This document shows, in pieces, positions 62,639 through 64,000 of a stretch of 64,000 bases of DNA; position 1 is the first letter of the stretch; each line of letters starts with the position of its first letter. This DNA is from Eledone cirrhosa (taxonomy: Eukaryota), in contig OZ024741.1 in NCBI GenBank assembly GCA_964016885.1, positions 346,518,001-346,582,000 on the forward strand, written 5' to 3'. Under the pieces are notes generated by a model, which did not search any database, was not told where the DNA came from, and was given only the letters and a program-made list of their open reading frames with translations. Position numbers and translations under genes: made by a program.

Positions 62639-63762
62639 AAGAGTACATGGTCAACAGTACAAAAAGGGTTTTATTTACAGTATTAACAATTGTTTCATTG
62701 ATTAGTGTGTCAAAAAATTGCTAATCACTTGAAGTTGTCATTCAATTATAAATACAATGTATGCCTAATCAAATCATCGGAATAACTGATTAAAATTATA
62801 CACGGCGTTTGTAATATACTAGGAAAATTCAAATCACAAGAACAGTAATAAAGAAAGAAAAAGAAAAAAGAAAAAAGAAGACGAGAGAAAAATAAAAAAA
62901 TAAAAATAAAAAATAATAAATAAATAATAATAAATAAGTTAGAATGAAGACGTTAAAAAATAAGTAAAAAAATATATGTGTGAAAAAAGTGAACATAATA
63001 TGATTGTTGAAAATAGTTGTGGTGGTGGTGGTGGTTAAAGTATAAAGATGTGATGGTATAATTATGAAAATATTAAATATATACAAATGTATTGGTTAAA
63101 TTACAGAGGGTTATATTATGAAGAAATAATACAGTGATAAATAAAGGATAAATTAATAAATTGGAAGTTATGAGAGAGGGGAAGAGAACAAGATAGGATA
63201 TAATGGAAGAGGTGAAAAAGTTTTAGGGAAAGAGAGTGAAAGAAAGAAAGGTTAGGAGGTTATGATGTTGATTCTGTGATTAATTGATCTATTGACATTT
63301 AATAATAATGGGTTATTATAATAGCCTCTATGTGGTTCAGTTTGAATTATGGGATTGTTGGATCGAATCATGTTGGTTTGAAATTAGCGAATTTAGTAGC
63401 TGCTTTATGCCTACAGAAAATTGACTGTTCTATTTTACTGTTCAGCAGCATTTTGTAATACTTTAAAATAAGGAGCAACTCCATATTGCAAAGTCCGTGG
63501 TGGGACATTCCATTTCCGTAGGCCTTTGCCTTGACAATTTCAACCAGCTAATCCCAACCCTTTTTGTACTGTTGACCATGTTATTCTTAACTCTTTCACT
63601 ATTATTACTCCCAGATTAACCTGCATAGGAATTCCCGAGAATTCGCCACCTAACTAAGGAAACCTCTTGTTGAGTCAAACAACGCCATTCGTTAAAACTA
63701 TCCACAATACGGAGTACTCACAACTTCTAACTGGATTACCTATAACGATAATTTGTTATCCC

Positions 63763-63765
<3 letters not shown>
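62633..63765 (-). mobile_element. Decayed Naiad-type PLE 3' end with inverted extended tail (63556-63765)
   Basis: Reverse complement of ~63352-63545 reads IVKAKAYG..GLCNMELLLILK..LLNSKIE..CRHK; degenerate HHR ~62683-62755; 62633-62670 is inverted at 63556-63603. Confidence 0.7.
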
Positions 63766-63854
<89 letters not shown>

Positions 63855-64000
63855 TTATATAAATTAATAAAAATAATGAATAAACAAAGAAACAGTTCCT
63901 TATATTAAAAAATTCATCATTTTACGATCGTTTCTAGGATATATATGTTAGTGTTGGTATGCATATAATATAGATCTATGTAAAATGTTTACAAACTATC

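Overview
AT-rich, microsatellite-dense animal genomic DNA. The repeat repertoire resembles an octopus/cephalopod, which is an inference. I see no intact host gene, and nearly all short ORFs in the track are translated (TA)n/(CA)n/(GA)n repeats. The window is mostly retroelements: a 5'-truncated L1/Tx1 LINE in a (TATC)n repeat, coding Penelope-like elements (PLEs: two Naiad-type, a C-rich Neptune-type in two copies, a GIY-YIG fragment), CRE- and RTE-clade LINE remnants, tRNA-derived SINEs, Tc1/pogo and hAT MITEs and a decayed hAT-like transposase. About 20 minimal hammerhead ribozyme (HHR) motifs occur, mostly in short fold-back insertions within (TA)n. The main new observation is a covarying bulged hairpin, RCUC-stem-loop-stem-UY-GAGY, at 13 sites in otherwise dissimilar PLE-type families. 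It lies just downstream of where the short arm of each fold-back joins the (TA)n target, which makes it a candidate cis-element positioning internal reverse-transcription initiation. Scattered minus-strand relics suggest a decayed Ig/FN3/TM receptor pseudogene as the host background. All calls were made by eye and boundaries are approximate.
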